This document shows, piece after piece, positions 13,716-27,767 of a DNA stretch of 64,000 nt. Position 1 is the first letter of the stretch, and the number at the start of each line of letters is the position of its first letter. Both the position numbers and the translations under genes were made by a program. Source of the DNA: Vicugna vicugna (Eukaryota); the NCBI GenBank assembly GCA_013265495.1, contig MU058139.1:372001-436000 (forward strand). Direction: 5' to 3'. Under the pieces are notes generated by a model that was given only the letters and a program-made list of their open reading frames with translations, did no database searches and was not told the origin of the DNA.

Positions 13716-15043
13716 ATTTGGAGCATTTCAGATTGAAGGGCCCATAAGATATCTAAATGGAGAAATATAGGAGGAAATTGAAGTTTGCGAAGTGATTTGG
13801 GCTGAAGGTAGTGATCTGGGAGTCATCCAGAGATAAAAGAAAAAGGTGAGAAGATAAATCAAAAATAGCACCCTAGTCTATTCCTCCTGCTCCTGAGAAG
13901 TAATTATGTATGTGAAATTAACTTAGAACTTTGAATCATTTAAAATATAAGGCTAATCTGTTCTCTATCTGTACTAATAGCATCAGGGACACCATCTAAG
14001 ATCATTGATACTTGACTGTGGGAAGTGTTTTGATTCTTCCATTTGCCTATAGATGTAATTAATGTTCTGAAAACAAACAGTTCACCAAATGAATCGCTTA
14101 CTGTGAAGACTCAGAGAGACCTAGGAGGTTTTCTACAATAAGAATCCTGACTCACTGTTGAAAGTCTTCCTTTCTCTTTCTGTGGTGCTGTGGATAACCT
14201 TCATCCCTCTGATACAAAGCAGGGGCTTTCAACCACTTTGCACTTGGTATGTTACTTTTTCATGCTTTTCCTGAGGGAAGCCCTTAGACATCTGCGTTTT
14301 GAAGGTTTCCCAATGAAAGGCAGACATCGTGACAAATTGTATCAGAAAATCATTTTGCCAACTACCTTACTTATCTGTATCAACAATAACTTGAAAACAA
14401 GTCTCACGGGCGGGCAGCGGTATTGCCTTAATAGAATTGCCTAAATGAAGTGGCCTACAAAACAGAGAAGGCTGTTTTGAAAGAAAAATTTATTTTCCTC
14501 TGGGGATCTTTTTGTGCAAAGGAACTCGTTTATTCTTGCCTTTAGCACAGACTTTAGAATCAAGTGATACTTTCTTGCATTGCTCTTGGTACCAGCTTTC
14601 GAGTTGTTTTTCCGTTTCCTGATATAGTCTCGCATGACCATTGAAATAACCCTAAAGCGCTCCACACGGTTTTCTCCTTGAAGCGTCCCCAGTTAGCCAG
14701 TGTTGTCTCGCTTCGTTAATTACTGTGTTATTCTGAGCTACAAAAAGACAGACGTATTTTGGGGCTTAACGTGATTTTACTGAACTGATGTAGCACAGAA
14801 GGAAAAATCTTACATCGATAAAGGCCCTGTTCATCCATGAGCATTGGACAGTCTCTATCAGTAACTATTTTCTTCTGGTCACTGTCAGAGAAAAGATGTG
14901 CACGTGGACAGCAGAAATGGGATCTCGTTACCTATCAGCGTTGTGCTGCCCATGGCTTCATGAGGATGCCTTCCACCTCTTTCCCATCTGTGCAGATGCC
15001 ATTGGCCACTTGAAAATATTTAAGAAGTAGTTTTATGTAATCT

Positions 15044-15757
15044 TTTTTTTAAATTGAAGTATAGTCAATTTATAATGTGTTAATTTCAGGTGTACAGCAT
15101 AGTGATTCAGGTCTACATTATATATGTAGATTATATATATATACCTTTCATACTCTTTTTCATTATAGGTTATTACAAGATGTTGAATATATTTCCCTGT
15201 GCTATACAGTAGGACCTTCCTGTTTATCTATTTTATATATAGTAGTTAGTATCTGCAAATCCCGAACTCCCTATTTATCGCTCCCCACCCGCTTCCACCC
15301 CTGGTAACCAAAAGTTTGCTTCCTATGTCTGTGACTCTGTTTCTGTTTTCTGAGTAAGTTCATTTGTCTCATTTTCTTAGATTCCACATATAAGCACTAT
15401 CATATGGTATTTTTCCTTCTCTTTCTAAACCTACTTCACTTAGTATGATGGTCTCCAAGTCCATCCATGTTGCTGTAAATGGCATTATTTCACTCTTTTT
15501 TTTTATGGCTGGGTGGTACTTGATTGTATAAATATACCATAACTTCTTTATCCAGTTAATCTGTCGACGGACATTTAGGTTGCTTCCATGACTTGGCTGT
15601 TGTAAATAGTGTGGCTATGAACATTGGGGTGCATGTATCTTTTAGAATTAGAGTTTCCTCTGGATATATACCCAGGAGTGGGACTGCTAGATCATAGGGT
15701 AAGTGTATTTTCAGTTTTTAAAGGAAACTTAATGCTATTTTTCATAATGGCTGAACC
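15044..15757 (-). mobile_element. Young 5'-truncated L1 (3' UTR plus end of ORF2)
   Basis: Poly(T) at the left end; cetartiodactyl-type L1 3' end; TSD TATGTAATCT at 15034-15043 and 15758-15767. Confidence 0.9.
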
Positions 15758-18273
15758 TATGTAATCTGTCATAGTATTTTTGTTTTCCTACTGAGAAATA
15801 TATATTATAATTTTGTACTGTTTTGGTCTTACAAACCTTTCAACACCACATTCTGCATAACTTTTCAATTTGATTTGGTTTGATTTTTGTTGTTTATGGT
15901 CAGGAAAAGGGGAAGGAACCAATAAGAGTAAATTGAATTCTAGGCTTTATAAAATCTTTTAGATACAGTCCTGGATAAAAAAAAAAACAAAACCTTAGAC
16001 TTAGCTGATAAAATGCACCTTTCACCTTCATCTCATTCATTTAAAAACCTAACAGATAGATAAAGCAGCTTTTTGGAGGAGGCAGTGAATATTTGTTTCC
16101 ACCACAGTCAGTTCAGCCTGGAAAACAGTATTTTCACTGAGTAAAATAATTGATGTGACAAGACCATTTTAGTCTGTGACATCTCAATTTCGTTGATCTG
16201 GACCAAACAGTGGAGTTTTACAAATTTGTTATTTAGGGTACACATTTGATGATGCTTTGTACATGTCGGCTTTAATTTTTCAGAAGTCAGTGAGGAGCCA
16301 GCTCTTATTATTAGGTCTACATTATATATGTAGATTATCTTATTATTAGGTGACTTCTCATGTGTTTGTTGTATTTGTATCGCTAATGGGTCAGAACAAA
16401 TTTGGGGGACACATCCCCTAGCTTGTCCCTAATTACTAACCATGTAGTGAAATTGAGTCTCCTCTGTTAATGGGACTTCTGCTAGGAAGGGCCACCTGCA
16501 GGGACATAGGTGCAGAGACAGCAAAGCAAGCACTTTACAGGAGCTGATACCCACCTGTAAAGTACACCTGCCTTCCCACTTTCCCCACGGACTCCTACCC
16601 GAAGTGAATAACTGATCCCAGATGACTGATAACCAGCCAAGTGATCGTCCTGGGCTTCTGGGCCCCTCTTTGAAACTCTGAGATTATCTGCAGATCTGGG
16701 CATTTTTCTGGAGAGAGTGCACAGCTTTCACCCAGTTGTCAGTGGTGTCCGTGATCCCATGAAGTTTAGAGAGCCATCGGCCCCATGGATTTGGCTGAAG
16801 TGTGCAAACTCCATGGTGCAGAACTGACATTTCCGAGTCCCCTGTGTCCTCTCAACCTCTGCTTGTTGAGTACTTGCCCGTCCTTTGCCGCTGAGGGCCG
16901 CTTCAGCTGTGACCGCTCACCTGGGTCACTCCTGAAGCATCTCAGACTTGCAGACGTGTTTTTAAGCCATCCCAGCCCCCCATTTCTTCTTACTGTGCTG
17001 GTCTCACACCAGAGTGCCACCCAGTCAGTCTGTTTATGACCTGCTCATCACATTAGGCACAAAGCCTCTAGATACAGGACTAGATCAGGGATTTACAGTA
17101 CGTATATTGTCTGTGTTGGACCATAGTCACTAAACTATTTTTCTTAAATAAGGCCTTCAACTCTTCAGCAAAAAGTCAGGGTCAAAAACTGAACTTGGCC
17201 CAATTAGTTTTGAGGTCTGTAGCATTTGGATCAGTGAGTTGCCAAGGAGAGGGTGAAGAGTGTCCCCTTCAGGATGACATGCCCCAGAAGGACAAGGACG
17301 TCGCCCTGGAGAAGATGTTAGTATCAGGGGCAAGGATGTCAGGGACTAGCGATTCACTTCACCAGTGGCTGTACATCCTGGACACGTGAATGAAGCACCC
17401 AGCCTCCCGTTGCCCCCAGCCCACGTGCTGAGTTTGAGGGCTGCTCTGTCTTCCTCCACCCCAGGGCACTTGGCATATAGAGAATGAGTCAGGTGGCACT
17501 GAGGTCAGGCGGCACTGAGGTCAGGCTCAGAGACCTTCACCATGAGAGAAAGGATAAAGCACCAAAGCACGTGTTCATCGGGGACAAAGGTGGGGCTATG
17601 CCCAGGTGGGAACAGCTAGGAGCAGGTGGTCGAGACCAGTTGCATTATTTCATCATTGCCTAGCAAGATGCTTTAGAAAAGCCCTATGCATTTTTGAGCT
17701 CAACTTTTATCCACTAAAAGAAGGTCAATTTGAATTATTACTGTTTTCTATCATTTAAGAATATGATGGGGATAACATCGGTAATTTCCGTAAAGTTCCT
17801 TAGATGTCAGAGAGGAAGACCAATGTGTATTAAAAAGTAATATGGAAGTCCCGGATTTCTACAGGGCTCCATGACCCACCCTACCCTCTCTCTAAGGTGA
17901 AGGAGGGCAAGCAAAGGGTCATTATTATCAACAGGACCACTCTGTGGTGCCATGATTTTGTGTTCTTTCAAACTCACTGTGCTGTGAAATCTAACCAGCA
18001 AACCCTAAAGTATGTTTTATAACTTAAAATCAAAAGCTACATTGCAGTAAATTATAATCCAGGTTCACTTCACCCTCAACATGCAGTCATGGTTCATACA
18101 GTTCAGTGACTACTCAGGGTGGCAAACTGGATGACTTTCATCCTGAGATAATTAGGAATACGGGATCAGACTCAACATTTGGGTCATGTGTGTCTGGTCT
18201 CCGGACTTTTACCTGCTACCTGAACGTGTGGAAAATGTTTCTCAGACATGCTAAAGGAGGACAGCAGTGGTGG

Positions 18274-18812
18274 TGTTACCGAGTTACTCTGCTCACCACA
18301 CGACAGGCCGATAAATCGGGAGATGAGGTGTTGGGGCAATGAATAGCAACTTTATTCGTAAAGCCAGCAGACCAAGAAGATGGCGGACTGATGTCTTGGA
18401 GAAACCATCCTACTCCAGTCAGAACACAGGCTCCTTTTATACAAAAAAAAAACAAAACAAAAAAAACAGGGGAGGGGGTGTGATTGGTTATTGCAAACTT
18501 CTTGCTGCAGGAATTCTTTGTTCTTGCAGCTGTCCACGTGGGTCAGGTGATGGTGTCCCTGTAAACCTCCAACAAAACAAAGGTTATTTTCCACTCTGCA
18601 ACTTGTTGTCTTTATATAAGTGCAGAAGTGTTAATATCCTTAAAGGTCAGAGCCTTGAGAAAAGGCTCTCCTGTTTACCAGACAGGCTAAAGGCAACACT
18701 CGTTTACAAAAGGTGCAGAGCTAGCAAGAATAAACCTAGAAAACAGGGCACAGTGGTTAAAGCCAAAGGAACAGATCCAGTGTAGAGTCAAATTTTGTTC
18801 TCCTCTGTTACA
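18274..18812 (-). mobile_element. ERV1-type solo LTR, family A, copy 2
   Basis: TG...CA ends; perfect TSD GTGG; minus-strand AATAAA (18351-18356) and TATAAAA (18435-18441). Confidence 0.9.
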
Positions 18813-20293
18813 GTGGGAAGAAGCTGAGCTGGTTGAATAAGAGTTTTCTTGTAAGAGGGGGGAGGGAAAGCGGGGGGGGGGGCGGGGAGGACAGAGAAAG
18901 CTGATGACAGTCTCAAGCCCCAAAGATGGAAAATATGGTCACAACAAAAGGAGAAAAACCTAACATCATATCAAATTCAGACTTTTGCTTCTAGTTATTT
19001 TAAAATGTCATAGTTTTGGTGTTAAGGTTGGACTTTGAGAGGCATTCTAAAGTCCTATAGCTAAACATTAAAAAAAAAACTTAAAAATATTTAACAACGC
19101 TAAAAATAGATGTGTCTGTGTCTCTGTGGTGCTTCTTAGAAGCCTGATTAAGCTGTCAGATGACATTACTTTGAAAAGTACAACTGCAATAAGATAATTG
19201 AATTATAAAGTGAATAATTCTGTAAGTCACTGCTCAGACAACCGGTAGTGTAGCAGTAATGGGAGTATTACTCGAAAGCAGTGTTGTTTGTCTGTTCTCT
19301 TAATGTCATTTGCTGCCTCTAATGAAGTCTGAGAATGAAATGAGCTGAAACTGTAAACCCATTTGCAGAAAAAACTAGACCAAGCTTATTTCTGCCCTTT
19401 TGAGGTCTTGTGACTTTCACTGGTGATTAGGCTTCCCTTGGGAGATGATGCCAAAGACAAGGTTATCTGCAGTTTTTTCTTTGTGGGTTTTGTGGAAAAA
19501 GAGTTTTTTTGCTGAGCTGAGAATGTGAGAATTATGATAAAGAAACCAACAAGTGCTTAGTTCACCAGAACCTTATGAAAGCAAGTAGGCAAGAGTAAAA
19601 TTCCAGATAAGCCCAAAGAAGGAAAACAAAAGATTTTTATTAAAATATATTCTAGTATCAGTCTGTGATCTCACCCCCTCTTCCTTGAATGACCAGATTG
19701 CTGCCCCTGGTCTTGAAGGGTAAGGAGGTCGTTGGGAAAGTGAAACCAGATGGCATTGTGGAGACCAAGCTAAGTGATAAAATTGAGTTAATGGTAAATT
19801 ATAAGGTAACGCTTTGAAAAACATTGAAATAAACAAGAAGCAGGGAAGCAGTTATTCTGCATAACCGAAACCATTCCGGCCCTCCTACAAATGCAACCTA
19901 TCAGGCCACTGGATGTTTGGGGTTAAATTATAAGCATAGATTCCCTGTAATAATTATCATCCTTACTCAGATGGACCTGGCTTTGATGCTTTGATGTGGC
20001 GTTTCCAGGAACAGGAAAGCAGACTGTCTTGTTTATGCCTGGTCAGCAATAAACACTGAAGAAAATTCTTTGCTTGTAAATCAGTTGTTTAGAGATAAAA
20101 CATTATCAGGGACTATATTCTTCTCTTCCTTCCGATGTCTGAAAAATCTGTTAACTTTGTGTGGTAGCTTTTGTTTCAGCTCACTCCCAGGTGAGGGTGC
20201 CGCGAATCCTCAAGGCATAAGGATAATGACCGCTAGTCACTGAGCTTCTGCGTGTCTGGAATTTTACAAAGCTTTAAATTGACTCTGCCTTTT

Positions 20294-20392
20294 AAAATCT
20301 AATATCTGAATATTAGATTTTATTAGATATTAATAAATATTATTAATATTTATTAGATCTAATTAATATTAGATATTCAGATATTAGATTTT
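20294..20392. repeat. AT-rich nested inverted repeat centred on 20343
   Basis: Perfect 20-bp outer arms (20294-20313 and 20373-20392) and perfect 12-bp inner arms (20331-20342 and 20344-20355). Confidence 0.9.
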
Positions 20393-21109
20393 CTTAAGTA
20401 ACAGACCTAACATTTGTCATTGCAAATTTTTAGCTAAACAAGTGTTTCCTATTAAAGAAAAAAAAAACTACCCCATTTGGCAGCATTTTAAATCTTTTGG
20501 TGGTATTTTTATTGTTGTTCTGCTGATTGTTTCTTCACAATCAACTAGGCCACAAAAGTCAACTAAATTAGCTTTGAAACAGGTTAATACATAGAACCAA
20601 AAAGTTGTTTTGTTAAAATATATAGATATAGTTATACACACATACATACACATGCACATATACATAATATGTGTTTATAATGTAGTAACAACTTTATAAA
20701 TCAAGAAATATATTTAATCCCAAGAATGCCCCTTATAAACGTAGACTAGAAAGCAAAGATCTACCCAGTAAGAACTATCTATGTATTTTCTATGCATTCC
20801 TTCCTTGTTTACTTAACATTGTTGAATATGCAGACGATCGATGAGCCTTCCTTTGGGACACAGAGATGAATTCAACAAGATCCCTGTTGTTGAGAAGCTC
20901 CCTCGAGAGCCAGAAAATAACTAAATTCTGGATGATAAATGCTTTTGGCAGAAGTATGTGCCAAGGACAGTGGTGGCAGAAAAGAAGGGATCTGAGGTAC
21001 TTTGGTGTTGAGTTAAAAGGAAAAAAAGTTCAAGAAAGTGTGACAGAGAATGTGAACCATGACTTGTGGTTAATGGTTCATAAATGTATTGCATTCTCTG
21101 GAGACAGAC

Positions 21110-21300
21110 TTTTTCCATTCAAACTCAGTTCTTATACATCCCAACGAGTTTGACCTTGGACAGTTCCTTAACCTCTTGATTTTCTCATCTGTCAAATGGT
21201 CCCACTAATAGTAACTACCTCATAGGGTTGTGGTGAAGATTAAACTGGGACATTCCCTGACACTCATTTGGCATGCAGTATATCTTAGCAATAAATAGAA
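21110..21300 (+). mobile_element. MIR SINE
   Basis: tgaccttggacagttccttaacctc...ctcatctgtcaaatgg...acctcatagggttgtggtgaagattaa. Confidence 0.75.
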
Positions 21301-21959
21301 TTAACTTGGAAGGCAGAGAAGGCATTCACTGGGAAAATAGGCACTTTGTGGACAAGGAAGGTCATGTATGAAGCATCTCATTTCAGAAGTGACTGCACAT
21401 GATTGTAATGCTTTGGGGTGTGTAAGGTGGAGAATAATAGGGGCTGAGACAGGAGAGAAAGGCAAGGGGTCTCTGTAGGGGGGAGCTCTGTATCATGTGC
21501 AGAGAGGAACCATTAATTGGGGGCTGGAGAGTACTATAATACACTCGGACTTGGTTTAGAAAGCGCATTCTAGCATCTGTGAGGAGGATGCTTTGAAGCA
21601 GGGGCTGCATTTTAGGCAGGGAAATATTGGGAAACATCGCAGGAGACAGGGTGATGCAATGTGAGAAAACAGAAGGGGGGTGAAAGGAGAAACACTTAAG
21701 ATGCAGAATCAATCGTCATCTTTGAACAAGTCAGTGGGGAAAAAGGAAGACATGGTGATCCTAAGTTTTCTGGACAATAACTTGTGATACCATCATCCAA
21801 GTATAAATTTACAGGAGAGGACCAGGTCTCATAGGGGAAGATAATAATCTTTGGTTTTGGTATGGAGAACTTGGTGCCTTGAAGCCATCCAGCTAATGTT
21901 CAGTAGGGAGTCAGATATGAGGATTAAAAGCTCAATAAAAAGTTCAGGGCTAAAGTTTT

Positions 21960-23077
21960 CTCTTGTGCACTTTGAGGCAATGTCATGTGGCACAGATACA
22001 TTTAAAGTTATTATATCTTCTGATGAATTGCTTCATATCATTCTGCAAGGTCCTTTTTTTAATGCTTCTTGTCTGAAAGTCTAGTGTTTCTGATTTAGTA
22101 TGGCGTCCCTAGGTTTCTTTCAGTATATGGTATATTTTTGAACCTCTCTATTTTTGACATTTCTCTACCCCAAAGAATATGTTTGGGTTTTGTTTGACTG
22201 TTAATTTTTCATTTGGAGAATTTACCATGTTTACATCTAATAAAATTACTAACATTATTGGATGTAAATAGACCACTGTATTATTTGTTTTCTGTTTGTC
22301 CCTTATGTTCAGAAGTTTAACTTTTTTTTTTGCCTTTTTTGAATTAAATGTTATTCTCTTTTAAAAGTCATTACTTATATATTCAGTTAGTCTTGGTTAT
22401 TACCTTAGAGATTACAGTATTCATCCTTGACTCATTAGAATCTAATTTAAAACTAGTCCTTTTACCATATCATGATAAATGCAACATTTTAAATCCATTA
22501 ACCCAATTCCTGTCTTTTGTGCTCTCAACATGAATTATTTCAATTCTACATGTCTTAAGCACATAAAGCATTTTATTGTTTTATGCAACTAGTAATTCTG
22601 TATATTTACCATTTCTGTTGTCCTTTTCCCCTCAATTTCTATGGGTTCCATCTGGGATAAGTTTATTTCTTTTTGAAGAACTCCCTTTAGTGTGTTTTCA
22701 TTTATTGCAATTCTTCTGGGAAAATGTTTTTTTTTTTTTCTTCTTCTTCTTTTGGTTTTTGCTTTTCTGAAAATGGCTTTATTCTGTCTTTTGTGGGATT
22801 TTTCTCTGAATGTAGAATTCTAGTTTAGCAATTATTTTCTTTCAGCCCTTTCAGATGCTATTTCATTGTCATCTGTCTTCTATCATCTTGGTTAGCAAGT
22901 CATTATAAGTATTCTCTGTGCTCTCCATACTTTGGGACCCCCTCGCCATGGTCATTCTGTTGTGGAATGTGGTTACTCTACAATGAGCTATCACTGTGTG
23001 TGTGTGTGTGTGTGTGTGTGTGGGGCNNNNNNNNNNNNNNNNNNNNNNNNNNNNNNNNNNNNNNNNNNNNNNNNNNN

Positions 23078-23110
<33 letters not shown>

Positions 23111-24580
23111 GCCATTCTGATAGATGCGTATTAAGATCTTATTGTGATTTTAATTTGCATTTCCTAATGGTGACTAAGTTTTGTCTTTTTTTTGGTCATA
23201 TGTATATCTTCTTTGGTGAAATATATGTTCATAACTTTTGCCCATTTTCTAATTGGATTGTTTTTTCACTATTGGGTTTTGAGAGTTTTTCCTGTATTTT
23301 TTCAGGTATGTGGTTTGCAAATATTTTCTCCTAGTTCATAACTTGCCTTTTCATCCTCTTAACAGGGCCTTTCTTAGAAGAAAAGTTTTTAATTTTGATA
23401 AAGTCTAGTATATCAGTTTCTCCTTTTATAGTTAGTGTTTTAATAATAAGGCTAAGAACTATTTACCTATCCTGAGGTCTCAAAGATTTTCTGCTTTGAT
23501 TTATTCTTTAAGTTTTATGGTTTTACATTTTTCACTTATGTTTATGACCTATTTTGAACTAATTTGTGTTTAAGCTTTGAGGTTTAGGTTGAAGTTAATT
23601 TTTTTTGCCTCTGGGTGTCCAGTGTATTGAAAAGGCTATCCTTCCTCCATTGAATTGCTTTTGCATCTTTGTAAATAATCACTTGGACATATTTGTGTGG
23701 ACCTATTTCTGGGTTCTCTGTTATTTTCCATTCACCTTTTTGTCTAACTCTCCACCAGTATCACAAAATCTGGATTGCTATGTCTGTATAGTAAGAGGTG
23801 GGCTGATCGCTCCCAATTTGTTATTCTTTGTCAACGTTGTTTTAGCTATTCAAGAGCCCATACCTTTCCATGTAAATTTTAAAATAAGTTTTTTTATCAA
23901 CAGAAAAAAATCTTGCAGGGAATTGCAATTAAAAATATACATCAATCTGAGAATAGTTGACATCTTTACTATGTTGGGTCTTCCAGTCCATGAATACATA
24001 TGTCTCAACATTTATTTAGGTCTTTATTTCTTTCATCACTTTGCAATCTTCAGCACACAAATTCTGTATATTTCTCAGTAAGTTAATACCTAAGTATTTC
24101 ATTTTCTTTTGGATAATTGTATTTTTAACTTTGATTTTTCACAAATTCATTGTTAGTATGTAGAAATGCGAATGATTTTGTGTATTACTCTTAAATCCTC
24201 AGTTCTTGCTGAATTCACTTGTTAGTTTTAGGAATTTTTATGTAGATTCCTTGGAATTTTCTGATATGCAAATAGTGACAATTTTATTTCTTCCTCTCCA
24301 GTCTGTATTTTTTTTTCCTTGTCTATTATAATGGCAGGAGTTTCTAATATTTTGTTGAATAAGAGTGGTGAGAAAAAATGTCTTTGCCTTGGTCCTGATC
24401 CCAGGAGGAAAGCATTTGGTTTTTCACCATTAAGTATCATGTTAGCTATAGGTTTTTTAAATATGTGCTTTATCAAGTTGAGAATATTCCCCTGTATTCC
24501 TATTTTGCTGAGAATTTGTTATGAATCTGTGTTGGGTCTTGTCAACTCCTCTTCCTGTCTGAAGTGATGTGATTATATCA
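21960..24580 (-). mobile_element. Old L1 fragments including a degenerate ORF2 reverse-transcriptase region, spanning the gap
   Basis: ORF 24228-24476(-) KPIANMILNGEKPNAFLLGSGPRQ...SPLLFNKILE resembles the L1 RT motif [38 protein letters not shown]. Confidence 0.8.
22995..23107. repeat. (TG)n microsatellite containing a 50-N assembly gap (23027-23076)
   Basis: TG runs on both sides of the N run. Confidence 0.95.
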
Positions 24581-26519
24581 TTTTGCTTAATAAATCATTT
24601 TTAAAATTTCAACTTTGGTGAGAATGATTTTCATGAAATGCCCTGGGACTACTAATGCATACATAAAGTGTTTTCAGTAATACCAAAATAATGCAAAATA
24701 AATTAAAAGATAATGATAAAATTCTCCTTAAGTTCTCTATATATTTCATTGCTCTTTTACTTGTGATTATAGCTACTGATTAGCTGCTGAAATTACCTTT
24801 CTTTTAGTAAATTACCTTTCTTTTTTAGTAAACTACCTATCTTAGTTCTATGCTTCCCAAGTATTACCAAACTAAGTACATACTCTGAGTTAAATTAGGC
24901 TGGGTCTCAAATCTGGGTAACTAAAGTGAGTCAAATGGAAGGAAATTACTACAAATAAAAAAAAACACACAGCTCAGGTTACGAAGACCACTAAGATTTT
25001 TTTTTTCTTGCACAATGTAAATATGATGCTTAAAAGATGGTGCATGTTTAAGGTCAGGCTAAAATAATAAACCCAACTCACTTTTAGCTAAAAAGAAACA
25101 TCTGAACTTTTAAAATGGATTCACTGCTTGAAGGCAGTTATAAACTGCAGCTTTGAAAAATCACAGTAAGATTTATTCAAAGAAAGGATTATGGAGCTCC
25201 CGTTTCCCTAAGGCACCCGCTTGAAATGCATTCACATTCTGTTTCCTGTGCTTCAGTGTTGCTTCCTTCAGCTATAGCTCAGAGCCCCAGCTCACTGAGG
25301 AACAGGAGAATGCCTGAAGTCAGGCTGATCACTGTTTGATAGTACAGCTAGCCATCCACCATCTGTCCAAGTAATGCTTGTCCAGAGATAGAGAGACATT
25401 GTATCCAGAAGACCTCAATAAAATGTCAGCCCCCTGTAATGTCAGCTGCAGAAATGTCCCTTCTCAAGATAATTATTTAGAAATGTATCCAGCTCCACTG
25501 AAGCCTTCAAGATGTTTTCTCTTAGATAATACAGCTATTTCTTAACTATCATATTTTTTTTCCTGGCTTGAACTTAACTCTGAAGTGGGATAATTGAAGG
25601 GAAATAATTTAGGAATCAGTTACTGATTTTTAATTAAGTAGATCTCAACCCAGATCTCACTGCTTACTATGGGTTTATATTTCCAGTATTTCTCTAGCCA
25701 AACCTTTGCATTCTCTAAAGAAATAGCTCTTTTCTAGGAGGTGTTTCTAATTTGGTTGGAAGGTTAAAGTGACATCTTTGTTTTCAGACACAGGGAGTGT
25801 CATTACAGGGTGCTTCTGACACAACTTGACTGATGAAGTAGGTGCTGACGAATGGGAGTTTGCTGGATGGTAGAAAAATGTGTAGTAACAAGGAAGATGA
25901 TGGATGTATGATGCTGAAGAACACATCAAGGTTAAGGTCATACACTAGCTAAAAACAGGAGTCAAAAAATTTCAATGTAATAAACAAATACATGCAACTG
26001 TTTCACAGAATTCTCGCTCGTCTTTCCCATGTATCCTGCTGTTGTTGAAATATAGAAATAGTAATGTGGAAATAGCACTTTTTGGTAAAGAACCCTTTTT
26101 TGTTAATATTCATCATTATATTTCCCCAAAGACTTATGCTAACTTTTCCATTTTGCCATATTAAGAGAAGCACAGAGCAGTGGTGCTACATTTAAATATT
26201 AACGTGGGAGAACCAGAACAATTATAACCATTCCCTGTACCCACAAACACCAGAAGATGTCTACTCATATAATACTATATTTACTTTGATTATTTGACTA
26301 TGTATTCATATAGTATTATATTTACTCATATAATATTATTCATACATAATATGAATTGTATAATTCACTCATATAATATTATATTTGCTTTCATTATTTG
26401 ACTGTTTTGGCCAGGATTATCTGATGATAATTTTAGCTCTCTGTTTTCTGTGTTTTGTGGGTATATTTTATGGATTAAGCAATGTGCTCTATTACAGTGT
26501 GATAACTCAAAAACACTAC

Positions 26520-26920
26520 TTGTGTATTTGTCAGCTATTGCCACGATAATGCTGCATAATAAACCATTCAGAATTCGGTGACATATACGTAGAGCATTAT
26601 TTTTTATTGCTTATGGGTCAGCAGGCTGGTTTGTCTGCCTGTTCCAAGTTGCAGGTTGACTATGCTTGATTCTACCGTTCAGCCCAGGTTCGGGTCAGCT
26701 CAGCATGAATCCACTTTCTCTTTCCCCAGTGGTTTCCTAGGATATGAGCTCTTGGTGGATCACAGGAGCACAAAAGTCTAAGCTGGAAAACACAAGCACA
26801 TTTAAGGCTTCCTCCTACTTTATGACCGCTAATATTCCATCGTCTAACACAAGTCCTATGGCCAAACCTAACATCAAGTGGTCAGGAAAACATACTCTGT
26901 TCATTCTAGGACACTGAAAA
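26520..26920. mobile_element. MLT1-type (MaLR) LTR remnant
   Basis: gtcagctattgccacgataatgctgcataataaacca...aagtcctatggccaaacctaacatcaagtgg. Confidence 0.6.
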
Positions 26921-27767
26921 AAGAGGGGCTGAAGAATGAAGACTCATGCATCCTGCCCCTCAGCCTATGCCAGCACACACCAACAACGTATGGATTCTTG
27001 CTCTGGGGCGTCCTGAAGGGAGGATGTCTTATGACATTTGTACAGCAGCAGCAGTAGTAGTATTGAGCAATTGGTGTGTATAATGGTACTCACTACAACA
27101 CAGTGGCCATGCTACCCTTGTTAACTTATTAGTAACAATTAATATGCAAGTGGTGATAAAACATAGCTTGAATGTTTAAAAATAGCATTTACTCTTTGGA
27201 GCTGATGTAGTCATAGGATGAAGGCTAGCAGTACGGTTGCCCTGCATACAAACCTACAATTCTGCACTGCCCCTTGCTACCTCCAGCCCAGCGCATGGCC
27301 GCGTCCCTCCTGCCTGGTCTCGTGTCCTCCAGTCCCGTCCCCTTCTGTGTAAATGCGACCACTGGAGGCACTTTTACATCAGACATGGTGAGAAAGTGCA
27401 TTCATTCTGACCCTACCATTCCTCTGGTCAAAACCGTTTCAAGTGGCTCCCCGCTATCCACAGAAGAAAGTCTAAAAGGTCAAATTCTATACATGTAAAT
27501 TCTTGTCCACTGAACCTTTGGCTGCGAGGTCTTCCAGCCTGGCATTGCCAACGCCAACTCTGTTTCCACATGGTCTTGTCCTGTTTATCCTTTGAGATGC
27601 GTATCCAATGTCACCTCCTCCTTGGACATTCTAGAGCCTCATAGCCTAAAGTTAAACTCCCCCTTCTGAAGGCAAAACTCCCAAGGCTTTCTTTTCTTGC
27701 CTCTTTTATGGCACCTGTCATTTTCTAAAATGTATCATTGTTTATCTGTAACATGTCACTGCTATTG

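Noticed and set aside
18339..18785. 148-aa ORF with related ORFs near 33.3-33.7 kb
   Set aside because: Chance ORFs inside the solo LTR copies; the similarity reflects the repeat, and frames are not preserved between copies.
13177..18812. LTR copies 1 and 2 as the two ends of one provirus
   Set aside because: Each LTR has its own TSD, and the sequence between them shows no gag, pol or env similarity.
23605..24081. 158-aa hydrophobic ORF
   Set aside because: Antisense reading of a T-rich degenerate L1 ORF2 strand.
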